Source: Naegleria gruberi
Taxonomy: Eukaryota
Assembly (NCBI GenBank): GCA_000004985.1
Contig: GG738861.1
Length of the DNA: 64,000 nucleotides
Strand: one strand, 5' to 3'
Shown here: positions 1 through 13,197 of the stretch, in pieces
Layout: every line of letters begins with the position of its first letter
Numbering within the stretch: position 1 is the first letter of the stretch
The notes under the pieces: generated by a model
What the model saw: the letters and a program-made list of their open reading frames with translations, nothing else
The model's database searches: none
Told to the model about the DNA's origin: nothing
Program-made: the position numbers and the translations under genes

Positions 1-554
1 ACCCAAACCCAAACCCAAACCCAAACCCAAACCCAAACCCAAACCCAAACCCAAACCCAAACCCAAACCCAAACCCAAACCCAAACCCAACCACCCAAAC
101 CCAAACCCAAACCCAAACCCAAACCCAAACCCAAACCCAAACCCAAACCCAAACCCAAACCCAAACCCAAACCCAAACCCAAACCCAAACCCAAACCCAA
201 ACCCAAACCCAAACACAAACCCAAACCCAAACCCAAACCCAAACCCAAACCCAAACCCAAACCCAAACCCAAACCCAAACCCAAACCCAAACCCAAACCC
301 AAACCAAAACCCAAACCCAAACCCAAACCCAAACCCAAACCCAAACCCAAACCCAAACCCAAACCCAAACACAAACCCAAACCCAAACCCAAACCCAAAC
401 CCAAACCCAAACCCAAACCCAAACCCAAACCCAAACCCAAACCCAAACCCAAACCCAAACCCAAACCCAAACCCAAACCCAAACCCAAACCCAAACCCAA
501 ACCCAAACCCAAACCCAAACCCAAACCCAAACCCAAACCCAAACCCAAACCCAA
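1..554. repeat. Telomeric repeat array (CCCAAA)n, TTTGGG on the G-rich strand, about 92 units
   Basis: Strict 6-nt periodicity from base 1 to 554, with a few variant units (about 86-96 CCCAACCA, 214-219 CACAAA, 304-309 CCAAAA, 370-375 CACAAA). The C-rich strand reads 5'->3' inward from the window edge, as expected for a left chromosome end. Confidence 0.95.
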
Positions 555-1861
555 TGTAACTTTCCATGCTTCGCTGGCTGGTAGTAGTAATCTTTGAGAA
601 TGCATATTTGTTAACCCTAATATTACTTGATGCTGTTAAACTAAAATCATAATCGAATTGAATCTTGAAATTACCATTTGCCTTATCAGTCCAGAAACAT
701 TTTGGCTCAGTACCAAGCAATGCCAAGTCATCACCGTGAATCAACTTGGAGCATGGAACTGTATTTGCACTGTATGAAGGTGGAGCAAATAATTTGAGGG
801 TAACTCCATCAAATAGTTCATTAATTTGAGCATAAATTTCATTGACATAGCTTGAATTGAATGATCCAAAGTATGTTGCACAGTCACCTCCAAAGTAGCC
901 ATTCATACAATCATTACAAGAAGTTCCATTCCAGTGGCCATTATCTCTATCTTGATAGCAAGAGCATTTTCCAGTAGCGTCACAATTACCATTACCATTA
1001 CAAGTTGTTTGATCATTACAATACATATCACAATTTGACCCATAGTAATTAGTCTTACACTTTTCACAAATAAATCCATCAAAATTGCCTGTACAAACAC
1101 AAGTATTGTTGCTTCCACAAGATCCACCATTCAAACAAGTTGAGTCGGTACAATATCTCTCAGTACATGTTGTACCAGTGTAGGCAGGATGACATGTATT
1201 ACAATCAGATCCATAATAATGGCCATTTATGTGATCATTAACACATGAACAAGTATTGACATCTACACATTGACCATGTCCTGAACAAACATTGGAGCTA
1301 CTCTTTGAAATAGAATTACAATCAAATTGATCACACTTTTCACCATAGTATCCTGAATCACATGCGCATTTTCCAACACCACTTGTAGAATTGATAAAAC
1401 ATTTACCATGATTTGAACAAACTCTAAAATCAGTACTTGAGTAATAATCTTCAACGCCATTATAAATACCTATACAAAGTAAGTTTTCACAAGAATCACC
1501 TGTAATCTTGACTCCATAAATTGACAAGCAGGAACACTTATCAATATCTAAACAAGTACCTCTTCCTGAACAAACTTTTGCATCCATAGAAGAAATGCCA
1601 TAACAAGTTGTGTCTTGATAATCTTGACAATCTTTACCTCCATATCTCAACTGGCATATACACGTGTCAATATCAGTACAAACACCTCTTCCTGAACAAA
1701 CACTTGGATCGAGTGAAGTTTTACCAAAACAAGTTTTAACCTGACAATCTTTATCTCCATATCCATAAGAGCATTGACAATGACCATCTTCAAAACATTT
1801 GCCCTTTCCACTGCAAACAGTTGGATCATCTTGTCTCTTTCCATTACAACTTGTGATATTA
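555..1861 (-). pseudogene. Telomere-truncated paralogue of the giant EGF-repeat gene at 2770-10271 (internal fragment, about 435 open codons, no start and no stop)
   Basis: Hand translation of the minus strand is open across the whole segment (NITSCNGKRQDDPTVCSGKGKCFEDGHCQCSYGYG ... CNDCMNGYFGGDCATYFGSFNSSYVNEIYAQINELFDGVTLKLFAPPSY ... [34 protein letters not shown]). It is collinear with the part of the full gene encoded at about 5390-6481. The upstream end is lost in gap 1862-1911 and the downstream end abuts the telomere. Confidence 0.8.
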
Positions 1862-1911
1862 NNNNNNNNNNNNNNNNNNNNNNNNNNNNNNNNNNNNNNN
1901 NNNNNNNNNNN
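1862..1911. other. Assembly gap (50 N)
   Basis: Run of n. Confidence 1.
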
Positions 1912-2512
1912 AATTAGAAAAAAATTAAACTTTAATGGTCCACTTATTATGAAAAATATGTTGGAAGGATCAAAAGAACTCTTTGTTTCTGCAAACAACA
2001 ATATTAATATTATTTCAAAATTTCAATCAATATTTATTTATTTAAATAGTGGAAATGAAAAATTAATGGATGATTTAGGAATAATTTTAAATTTAACAAA
2101 AGACAAAGTAAAACAAAAAGGTTATGTTGGATATCTTTATCATAACTATCCAATGTTATTATTTACTAAGAGAAATATTAATTATTCTTCATTTACAAAA
2201 GAAAATTTTAAAGATGTGAAATTATTTTGTGAAAATTATTTTAAATTTAAAATTGACGAATTCGATGGTATTAATGATTGGTGGAAAACTTTGACCACTC
2301 CTGCAGAATACGATGAAGACAAAGATTTAGACGAACACTGTTTTTGTGGAAACCAATTAAATCTATCCAATAGAAGGACTTGTTGTAATTGTCTTGATGG
2401 TATTTGTGAAGGTTGTGTAATTACAAGATTTAATAATTGTATTTATTGTGAGCCAGAGTGTTTGGAAAAGGATCACTTTAATACTCAAGTAGATGAAGAT
2501 GAAAATCAATAA
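1912..2512 (+). CDS. 3' part of a hypothetical protein with a Cys-rich C-terminus (5' end lost in the gap)
   Basis: Open frame from the gap edge to the stop at 2512. The C-terminus CFCGNQLNLSNRRTCCNCLDGICEGCVITRFNNCIYCEPEC looks like a zinc-binding cluster. I recognise no family. Confidence 0.45.
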
Positions 2513-2769
2513 ATGGTATTTCAAATAAAGATTGACCTTGAATTATTTGCAACATTTCAAAAGCAATTCTTTTTTAACAAGAAATTGATTGTCTAGACAC
2601 ACTGAATAACAATGAAACTGTGTGTGACTTGTTGTTTACCACCATCACATTAAATTATACAGAATATCAATCATTCATATATTAATTCAGAAGTACAATT
2701 GTTGTCCGAATATTGATTATTCCGAAAATTGCTGAATATTTGGCTAAATAATAACAATAAAGAATAACA

Positions 2770-5700
2770 TTATGATAGGTTGGCATAATAAATCACATTC
2801 GGCACTAGATTAAGCCAAAAAAAAAAACATCGGGAATATTCCTCAACAATCATAGAGTAAATTATTGCAACATATTCCGTGGTTTCCATTGTTATAAATG
2901 ATGGAATGCTGATATTAACAAGAATAGTTTTGCTTACACCTTCCATTTCTGTTGGAATGGATGAAATGACAAAGTCTGAGAGATCGGTGAAATAAATCTT
3001 GTCCACTTGGACAGATAAAGAAGAAGTTTGTAAAACAACCGGATCAGCACTCACAGTTTGTTCCTTAACAACTGAATAAGCAAGTTGTTCAGTCACATTA
3101 ACCAATTGATCGTAAATAATGAGTTGTTCAAGAGTTGATGTAATATTTTCAACAGTCTTTTGCAAATTCTCAACAATTGACAAGACAGTTTGACTTGTTT
3201 CAGTTGAAATTTGAAGATTACTCTTAAGTGCTTGGTCAATTACTTCATTCAAAATAGAAATTGACTTATCAATAACTACTGGAACAATAATTTCATCGCA
3301 CTTAATCACAGAATAAACAGCATAAACAACCATTGATAAAGTTGACTCAATTGAGGTTTCCACTCTTGTAGTTTCCACAGCACTTGTAAGTGTACTAAGA
3401 AGTTGAGTTTGAATTTTAGTAATTGTTTCAGAATCTTGATGTTGAACTTGTGGTAAACTTTGCAACAATTGACTTGTTGAAACGATTGTATTAACAGTTT
3501 GTGAAATACTTTCAATTGGATTACCATCTTGAATGATGGCTAAAATGATTTCGGTTGTTTGATTGGACACCCGTTGCCAAATCTCTTCGACTGTGTTTAC
3601 CACAACTGTTGTCACTGTAATATTTGTGAACATGATTCTTGATTCTCCAGATTGGGTATCAGTCAATTCAACGAACCATTTAACAGGTGCAGATTGTGGA
3701 GTATTTGAACAAGAGGATACCACAGCAGGGATTTTAACAGTATCCTCCTTTGAGACTGGTACTTGAATTTTGATTCCAGTGTCACTATCTACATATCCTT
3801 GGGTGATTTGGATAGTATTTCGTTCATTTTGACAATTTACACATAAAACTTTGAATTCTGTTTCCATGGAAACGCCATTAGAAGGTGTAATACTACATGG
3901 ACATTTTTGTGGTTGAGTTCCTTTTGTAATTGTTGTTGAAATTTCGGTAGAAGCAATTTCAATACCATTAACAATATTAGATTCATTTGTTTGAACATAC
4001 GAAACTTTCAATGCAATACTATTTTCAGTTCCTTCATCAAATTCCCTAGCATCAATAATAATAGCACTTTGTGTATTCTTACTCACAACTTGAACATAAC
4101 TTGAAGTTGATAACATTGTGGTTGTCAAAAAAGAATCTCTTGATTCTATTCTTATAGTTTTACTCTCAGAAACAATGGAGTTGTCAATCTTCCATTCAGT
4201 TTTAATAGAAAGTGATGAATCTGATAAATCCTGTTTTGAGTGAGAGACTTCAATGGAAAACTTCTCATCACTTTTGACAACAGATTTAAAGTCTGGAGAA
4301 ATGTCAATAATATTGAGAATCGGAGGAAAATGAACAAAATTCAAAGTAATAGAACATGAAACCTTTCTTTCTCCTTTTGTAATGCTTAGAGTAAAAGTTG
4401 GTTTCTGTAAAGTTGAAACGGAAAAGTCAGATTTGTCAACATTGAAGAGAGTTAAATGATTCTTGGAATGGAAAGACATTTTGTCAACAACACCATCTCC
4501 ACAATAACCACCAGTTTCAGAATTGACACACGACCATTGCCATAATTCAGATTCGTCTGTGTTGTTTTCTGGATCTTGATAATTGACTTGAATTGTTGAT
4601 GAATAATTACTCACTCTCTTCAATGAAAGATAAAGTGAAAGGTCAGGTTGTTCTGTGTAAATTATCACATAATCGCTCGATGATAAACTTGAATTTTGTG
4701 CAGCTGTAATTGAAATTTGGAAAACGAATTTCCACTTTCCCTTAATGAAACTGTCAATAATCAAATTATTGTAAGCGTCCCTCTTGAATGAAAGGGATGG
4801 ACCCTCAATTTGTTCCCATTCAATATTAATTGTTTCATTCTTCAAATGGTCTGGAATTGTAGTTGTCTTTTTGATATGAACCGACTTTTCAGTTGACTTT
4901 TGTCTAATAATCTTACTACCTGAAATTACCACTGAAGGAACTTGATATTCAATAATTTGGAATGTGAAAATATTAATCGAACTGAATTCATTTGTTACTG
5001 TACTTCTCACAACTAGTGTCAACTTGTAAACTCCCAGTTTTAGTAATCCCTTATCAATCTTAATGGTTGCTTGCTTGTTGGATTTTAAGAAATTTTCAAT
5101 AGTTGAATTGATAGAGTTTCCCTCAATCTTCCAAGTATACTCCAGTTCTTTCCTATCTCCAGAGAAAGAGTATGATCCACTAAATATTATATCTTCTGTT
5201 TCACTGTAAATTCTTTTTGATGACTTCACATCAGCAACTGGACTTTTGACAGTATTTGGAGGCATTAAATAAATAATAGTGTCATCTATGATGGTTCTTG
5301 TAGAAAAAGCTCCAAGTTTGTTCAATCTTCTTGTAAGTGTAGTAAATAGATTTCTGTTCACTCTAAACTGGTTTCCTATGACTGACGAAGAGTTTAGAGT
5401 AAAATCATAATCGAACTGAATCTTGAAATCACCGTTTGCCTTATTAATCCAGAAACATTTAAGTTCTGTGCCGAATAATGGTTGATCATCTATGTAAATA
5501 AGTTTTGAACATGGAACAGAGTTTGGTAAATAGGAAGGTGGAGCAAATAGCTTAAATATCACACCATCAAAGTAATCCGTAACCTGAGAATAAATTTCAT
5601 TGACATAGGTTGAGTTGAATGATTCAAAATAAGTAAAACAATCGCTTCCAAAGTAACCAGTCTGACACGAGTTGCATGAGCTACCATTCCAATAACCATT

Positions 5701-8700
5701 CTTGGAATCTGAAAAACAAATACATTGTCCATTGGATCCACATTGACCATGTCCATTACAAGTTGATTGACTATTACAATAGACATTACATTGTGATCCA
5801 TAACTATTGGATTTACAAGTTTCACAAATCAATCCAGTAAAGTTTCCAATACAATCACAGCTATTATCAGTTCCACAAGAGCCACCATTCAAGCAAGTTG
5901 AACCAGTACATGTTTTAACATTACAATTTGGACCAGCATATGCAGGATGACAAATGTTACAATCAGATCCAGAATAGAAACCATTAGCACTATCTCTAAA
6001 ACATGAGCAAGTGTTAATTCCAACACAGTTACCATGTCCTGAGCAAACATTTGAGTTATTCTTGGCAATAGAGTTGCAATTAAACATTTCACACTTATCT
6101 CCGTAATATCCCGCAACACAGGAACATCCTCTTGTTGAGCAGTTACCATGCTTTGAGCAAACTCTATAATCATTGCTTGAATAAAAATCTTCAACATTAT
6201 TGTATACTCCTTTGCAAAGTAAGTTTTCACATTCATCACCAGTAATCTTTATACTGACACCGTTTGATGAAAAACATTGACAGGTGTCAATATCAGTACA
6301 AACACCTCTTCCTGAACAAACACTTGGATCGAGTGAAGTTTTACCAAAACAAGTTTTAACCTGACAATCTTTATCTCCATATCCATAAGAGCATTGACAA
6401 TGACCATCTTCAAAACATTTGCCCTTTCCACTGCAAACAGTTGGATCATCTTGTCTCTTTCCATTACAACTTGTTATATTACATTTAGATCCAAAAAATC
6501 CAATTAAGCATTTACATAAATCATTTCCTATACATTCACCTTTTCCAGAACAAACAACTGTATCTTCAAGACTTGAAATGCCAAAGCATTCAAAAGTTTG
6601 GACTGTAACAGCCGCATTCAATGAACAGTCTGCTCCAAAGTATCCAGCTGTACAATTACACTTATTTAATGAAAGACAATCACCATGTCCACTACAGACC
6701 TGTGATGAATTATATTCAACTCCTGAACATGTGTGGAATTCACATTCCATTCCAAAATATCCGACATTACATGCACATTGATCCACTTGAGAGCAATTAC
6801 CACGGTTTAAACAAGCACCATTTAGACCTTTTCCAAAACAAATTGGTGATGAACAATCTACACCTGCCCAATTTTGATTGCACGTACAATTATTTGGAGA
6901 GTTACATTGACCATGTGAGGAACAAACCAGTGATGAGTTTGAAAGAATATTGAAACATTTTGGGAGAGCACACCAATCTCCTCCGTACATAGTGTTGCAT
7001 TGACAAATACCACCCACACAAGTGCCATTAGATGAACATACTGATGGGTCATCCTTTGAAATGCCATTACATTTGAGTAGTTGACATTGGTTTCCTTCGA
7101 AATTAGGAGAACAGGAACATGTATCAACACCAGAACATGTTCCATGTCCAGAACAAACTGATGTTTCGTTTGACAATTTTCCAAAGCAATATGGGTATTG
7201 ACATTGTGGACCTCCATAGTCTGAGTTACATTGACATGAATCCAATCCAACACATGAACCATGGGAATTGCAAATAGATGAGTCGTTTTGTAAAGTCCCA
7301 TAACATGTTGTAATTGAACAATTAGATCCATAATAATTTGAAGAACATGAACACGAATTATAATCCATACAAATACCATGCCCTGAACAAACACTGGAAT
7401 TGGTTTTTGCTACAAAGTAACAATCAAAATCTTCACAATTAGATCCATAATAATTTGAAAAACATGAACATGAATTAAATGTTGAACATGTACCATATCC
7501 TGAACAAACCTGACTTGAATTAGAAAAGACTCCATTACATGTTGTAATTGAACAATTAGATCCATAGTAATTTGAAGAACATGAACACGAATTATAATCC
7601 ATGCAAATACCATGTCCTGAACAAACACTGGAATTGGTTTTTGCTACAAAGTAACAATCAAAATATTCACAATTAGATCCATAATAATTTGAAAAACATG
7701 AACATGAATTAAATGTTGAACATGTACCATATCCTGAACAAACCTGACTTGAATTAGAAAAGATTCCATTACATGTTGTGACTGAGCAATTGGCACCATA
7801 ATAATTTGATGAGCAGCTACAGGAATTATATGCTGTACAAGTGCCTTGATTAGAACAACCAGTGGTAATAGAGTTTGAATATCCATTACATGTCCAAGAA
7901 GAACAATTTGAATTGAAATAACCAGTTGAACAGAGATTACAATAACCTCCAGCATAATTCACATCACATGCAAGGTAAATTTTTCTGAGTTCATCGATTT
8001 CTGCAATTACCATCAAATTGCTATCGCTGGCAAAAGCTAAGCCTACAAGTGTATTGAACTTGGTATTGGCCAGAGTTTCTCCATCATTAAATGTGCCAGC
8101 ACTATTGCCAGCATATGACGATATTGTGCCCGTGTTAGCATTGGCAGCAGAGGGTGTGAAAAGTTTAAGCGCACCACTGTCAGTGTAGTATACATTACCG
8201 TTGTCGTTTACAAAAAAGTCTTTGATTGATACAGAAGAGGTCTTAATTAAGTTAGTTTAAACATTTGACCCAAAACTTACAGTACAAATTGTTGTAACTG
8301 TTGAAGCTGTGAAAACTTTTAGATAAAAAGTTGAACCGATTTGTTGAAAGTAATATATCTTTCCGTCAGAAGGTCTTATATTAAAAGAAACTAAAAGAAT
8401 TAAAAGAAAATGTCCGATAACTTACATAGTGATGCAATATTTGCTGATGAAGATGCACCATCAGAAGTGGAAGCACCCCCTCCCAAAACAACTTCAATCT
8501 TGCCAGTTAAAGAGTTGATTTTGTAAATGTAACTGTCTAATGCAAAATAGACCTCACCATTGTAATATTTTACATATTTGACAGACTAGAATAAATTGGA
8601 TATTCATTTAATATTCATTCATTTCAATATTATAAAAATACTTACAATAATAGTACAAGCAGTTGGAGTGTTTCCATTAGCACATACTGGTCCAGCTGAT

Positions 8701-10271
8701 ACACCAGCTACAACCGTTACTAAACCAGTGCTTTTAGAAAGTAATTTGATATATATTCCAGTAGAATAAGAATCGACTGTTATATGAAAAATGTAACCTC
8801 TAAAATTCCATAATATAAAACTTACTCAAATAGATATCTCCAGTTGGAGTGCATGTCATAGATATAATGTTAGAATATCTAGCAGTCACATATGAACCTC
8901 CAATATTGTCAGATCCACTTGGGGCTTTGTTATTATAAGGAAGATAAAAAAATCCTGCGTAATGCTTAATTGTTGAACTTGTTAAATTGTAAAACTTAAT
9001 ACTGGTTGAGTCAGCCATATAAAATCCATCGCTGTATAAAGCAATTGCACTTGGAGCCAATTTAAGAGTTTTGGCATTTCCTTCATTCAACACGTTTCTG
9101 TAGTGCAAAAAAGAAGACAAAGTAGTTCCAACAAGTTTTCTAATGTTGTAAGAATTTTCAGCAAAGTAAAGATCACCATTTGTTGGATCAATAGTTAAGT
9201 ATTCAATGAAACCAATTATTGAAGATGGTGTAATAGTTCCATCTGCTGACTCACCTCTATATCCATTACCCAAAACTTGTTGCACAATTCCATCGGTTGT
9301 TAGTTTTCTAATGCTATAATCATATGCATTCCAATAAAGCTCATTATTGTAGCAGTCCATCTTGGTAGGATAGTTAGTTGTATCCATTAGATACGAGGTT
9401 CCAGAAATACCTGTACTTTTTGAAGCACCATTTCCAACAACTGTTGTGACATTAATAGTTCCTCCACTTTCAGTCAATTTTTGAATATAGTTTTTACTGG
9501 CAGATACATAAACATAAAGACCTCCATTACAATATTTGATTTGCATTGCAAAACCTATTAAACCAGTTTTGTAAACACTAGCTGCATTGGTTGTTCCATC
9601 AATTTTTCTAATCAGCCGATTGTCTTTTCCAATAGTCAAGGAACCTCAAACAATTAATACTTACTATAATCTGCATAATAAATGTTATCTGAAGGATCTA
9701 CAGTTATTGAGGAAGAAGAACCGGTTTGAACCAAGAGAGGATTTGAAACAGTATTGTCAGAGTTTCCAATTCCAGCACCAAAAATTACCGAAACTTGACC
9801 AGTGGATGAATCTAATTTTCTAATTCTAACTGTTCCATCAATCCAAATTAAGTCTGTTTTCCATCTTATTAAGCTTTTTGGTGTACTCATTTGAGTCGTT
9901 GTGGGATCAGTTGTGTATGTTGATCCATATGTACCACTTCCAACCTTTACATAAAATTAACCAATAAAAACTTCTAGAAAACCTACAACAGTTGAAATAA
10001 TACCTGATGAAAGAGTAATCTTTCTAATTGTTGCTGACTCGGTCGTGTACAATACTCCGGCCGTAGCATCTAAATAAATATATCCAGGAGAAACTTGATT
10101 ACTTGAGATTGGTACATTGTTCAAAGCACTAGACATTCCTCCAATTACCATGGATTTGTAGGTTCCTGTGCACGCCACATTATTATTGCTAATATTCAAA
10201 ATAATTATCAAAAAACAAAGTAATAAGGCTATGACCTCATTCTTTGATGTTGTTGAATAGAAGCACCACAT
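2770..10271 (-). CDS. Giant secreted or surface protein (about 2400 aa): signal peptide, NHL-like beta-propeller repeats, about 25 EGF-like modules, PKD/REJ-like region
   Basis: ORF 2770..8016 extends upstream through six short GT-AG introns that I placed by hand, all frame-preserving. Minus-strand exons: 10271-9987, 9944-9665, 9623 (or 9644)-8826, 8776-8646, 8585-8426, 8390-8281, 8241-2770. Introns: 9945-9986, 9624 (or 9645)-9664, 8777-8825, 8586-8645, 8391-8425, 8242-8280. The N-terminus VIALLLCFLIIILN is signal-like. Repeated blades of the type xYxAD..N.IRKL. Then CSGHGxC...CxCxxxYxGxxC modules, followed by LEYTWKIEG-type PKD/REJ-like repeats. Confidence 0.85.
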
Positions 10272-10807
10272 GTTATTTTTTTGTTAGAGAGGAAACTCGT
10301 ACGGTATAAATACTCCTATTTCTTCACAATCCGTTAACCAGGCTTCACCAACATCTTCATTTTGCGCCTCGTCAAAAAGATGCAACATCCAAACTCGGCA
10401 GTATTACAAGCTGAGCAGAGTACTCTGCCCGGAACACTGTTACAAATAAAGAAGTAACCGTAAATTTAGAGGAGATACTAATTGACGGGTCAAACGGGAC
10501 AAGGCAGCATTAAGATACGGAGCAAGAAAAGTGTTTCAACGAGAATTTTCCTCGCTGTAAGTCAGTCACTTTTATTAAGGATAATACGGCAACAAAGAGC
10601 CAAACCAAATACAACATTCTAAACAATCTTTTATATTTGATATCACACTTATCACTTTGTAAAATTATGCTTCCATCTCAAAGGATAGCAGAGTGTTATA
10701 CTTGGTAGTGTCCCTACTCATGTTAATCAATGTTGTGAATGTTATTTACACTACTCTATTAAGGATTCTTGTAATATTCTCGAACAGGTTAATTTGCTGT
10801 TCAAATC

Positions 10808-12016
10808 ATTGATAAGAGAAAGTTCTCCTATTCCGCAAGTTTATTTGGCCCCAAAGTAGATTTTCATCAAAATCTTCAAAATCGGCACATCTACTTGGTC
10901 ATCACAAAAACCATCTCCAATTAATTGGAGATTGTTCACTGATCAATAGTGTGTGGGGTTGAATTTTGGAAACTTTCTTCGGGTAATTCAGCAAGGCATC
11001 TTCATCATTACTTTCTTCAATAACTATATCATTGTGGAGGTTTCACACTGGCCAGGGCACTAGGAAGATTGTCATAATTATGTGGGGGTGGGTGGGTCGT
11101 GAAAAAAGGATGTCCATAATTACGTGGTCCAGAGTGGGTCAGAAAGTAGAGCAGAGCAAAAACAAAAATTGGCAAAAGTAGAGCCGAAGGTTTATTAGCC
11201 AAGAGTGAGACAGCGTTCAAAGTATCAATTATCACTTGTTCTGCTAGCAACAAGTACTTCTGGGTTCTTGATTGTTTGTGTACCAACAACTTTGGGCAGG
11301 CATTCATCTGGATTGTTATGGTTGAATGTGCTATGGCTGATGTGGAAGGAGGCAAAGGGAGAACTCTCCTCCTGGTACTGATGTTGGTAGTTAGCAGGGT
11401 GGTGATGAAATCATGGGTAATTGTTGTTTGTTGTTTTTTTTGTTGAATATTTAACGGTCAGAACATTCAACTTTCAGCGGTAACATGTGTGAAAAAGCTC
11501 ACATGCAGTGGCCAGGATTTGTTGGGACGATCTTACAGTGAGGTTGGGTGGGTCAAAAAGTGAGGGTCGTAATTATGACAATCTTCCCTAGACCAAGATA
11601 AGAATCAAAAAATATTCACCAAATGGTCCTCTATGGGCATGATGATTTTCGGAGTGGTTTTACATCATGAAACCACCAAACTTTCACATCATCATCTCAA
11701 CATGATCTATATAGTAGTAATAATAGTAATTTTTATTGGTGGATTATCATCATGAAATTGGAATTTATTTTTCATGATGGAAAATCACAATTTGGTGTTC
11801 CATCATCGGATCATTCACCAACCATCATTATTGTTTTCCATCAATATAATAATAGTATTTGTGGAAATTAATTTTTAGTAATGTAATTTTGGTGAAATGT
11901 AAAAATTTTCACTAAATTCATCATCACTGCTGGATCTACTGGACAAGTTGGAAAACTGTCAATGTAGTATTGTTCGGAATGGTCAATAGTAGGTAGGAGA
12001 ACTTTCTCTTATCAAT
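10808..12016. mobile_element. Candidate 1.2-kb composite element bounded by a perfect 23-bp inverted repeat
   Basis: ATTGATAAGAGAAAGTTCTCCTA at 10808-10830 is the exact reverse complement of 11994-12016. The interior carries the nested 525-bp TIR element and part of the dispersed repeat. No clear target-site duplication was seen. Confidence 0.35.
11063..11587. mobile_element. MITE-like non-autonomous TIR element (525 bp)
   Basis: Terminal inverted repeats GGAAGATTGTCATAATTAYG sit at 11063-11082 and, reverse-complemented, at 11568-11587. They are flanked by a direct CTA (11060-11062 and 11588-11590), consistent with a 3-bp target-site duplication. The sub-terminal GGTGGGTGGGTC motif occurs near both ends. 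The only internal ORF (108 aa) has no recognisable domain. Confidence 0.5.
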
Positions 12017-12180
12017 TTTGGTCAAGTTATGATAGGGATAGGTAGATGTGAATTTTGAAAAAGTACATGGATCATAACTCAACATGTACTTCACCAACTT
12101 GAATCATGTCTTTTAGTACTACTATTTAAATAGATAATAAACATCATATTTATTATCAGATTTTCGTCATGTTGTCAATT
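11620..12180 (+). repeat. Dispersed intergenic repeat, copy A
   Basis: Aligns by eye over about 450 bp with 32145-32610, for example CCATCAATATAATAATAGTATTTGTGGAAATTAATTTTTAGTAATGTAATTTTGGT and CTACTATTTAAATAGATAATAAACATCATATTTATTATCAGATTTTC. Copy A has about 107 extra bp at 12009-12116. Confidence 0.7.
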
Positions 12181-13197
12181 TACCAAATTCCGATATTTGA
12201 TGCTACCAGAGTTGATTCATAGCCCAATTACAAACCAAACAACAATAAAACAACCATTAATAATGTTTATTATGTTATTAAATGTATAATTTCGAGTCTT
12301 GTAGCATAATTTGTGAAAATCATGGATATCTGATATTTTCATGATTTTATTGTTTTTCTCATGATGTGGATATTGTCTTCTCACTGAAACGTCACGAATA
12401 GCATGTAATTCATCCATTCTCTACCAGATAATTATCTTTTCCTGTAATTTTCACAATTAGACATTTTACTTTTAATAATTGTGATACTTTACTATTATAT
12501 TCAATGAATAAGAGATGAGAGACATTCATTAGAAGTAGATAGATTTCCAGTGATATATTCTCTCTCTATACAATTTATTATTTCAATATCTGTTAAATTA
12601 ATTGATATAGAAGGTATTTCATCAGACAATGATCTCATATCAAAAATAGCAGGAGATGTACTAGCTTGAAAAAGAAAAATCTCTTACCGGCTACACGTTT
12701 TACACCACAAATTACTAATAGCTGGAGGGTGACCAATTAAATGATTTGTGTTTGAACTGGATATGTTTCATGAATTATTTAACAGATTGTGCGAGGAGAT
12801 ACTACATCTTCCATCCACTTTTCATCAAAACATTACACACTAGTTGAGCCTTTTTTTCATCTCGAAGAGACACAATCTCAAGAAAAGAGATTTGTTTGCC
12901 TTTTCATAGAGACGCAGTCTCACCAGCTAAGACGAACAAAAATTAAGGTTAGGTTTAATTTTCTACAGCAAATAATATATTGGTATTCAATTGTCTTTAT
13001 TAAGCTTAATTGAAAATACATTCGCACGATTCGGCAATATAGACCTTATTCATACAAAAAAATTAGCGAGCACATTGTTAAACCGCCAGGATTAATTGTA
13101 AAATGGTGATTTAAATTTTACCTATTACTAAGGTGCCCTCATTCAGCGTTTCGGAACAAAACACTTCGCTAAAGAAGCTGTTGTGTGAAGAAAAAAA

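Noticed and set aside
1-554. Ciliate macronuclear chromosome, because C3A3 repeats occur in Paramecium telomeres
   Set aside because: Kilobase-long ORFs are open under the standard code with TAA/TAG as stops. The actin is highly conventional, and tRNA, intron and gene features are not ciliate-like.
9645-9664. Apparent ultra-short (20-nt) intron, and a 17-nt one at 53656-53672
   Set aside because: In both cases a second in-phase acceptor gives a conventional length (41 nt to 9624; 56 nt to 53711). The 41-nt version yields IYYADYNNRLIRKIDG, which fits the spacing of the other propeller repeats better. The ultra-short interpretation is therefore not needed.
11029-11355. 108-aa ORF inside the 525-bp TIR element as a possible transposase
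   Set aside because: It is too short, has no catalytic motifs and has a poor start context. The element is better read as non-autonomous.
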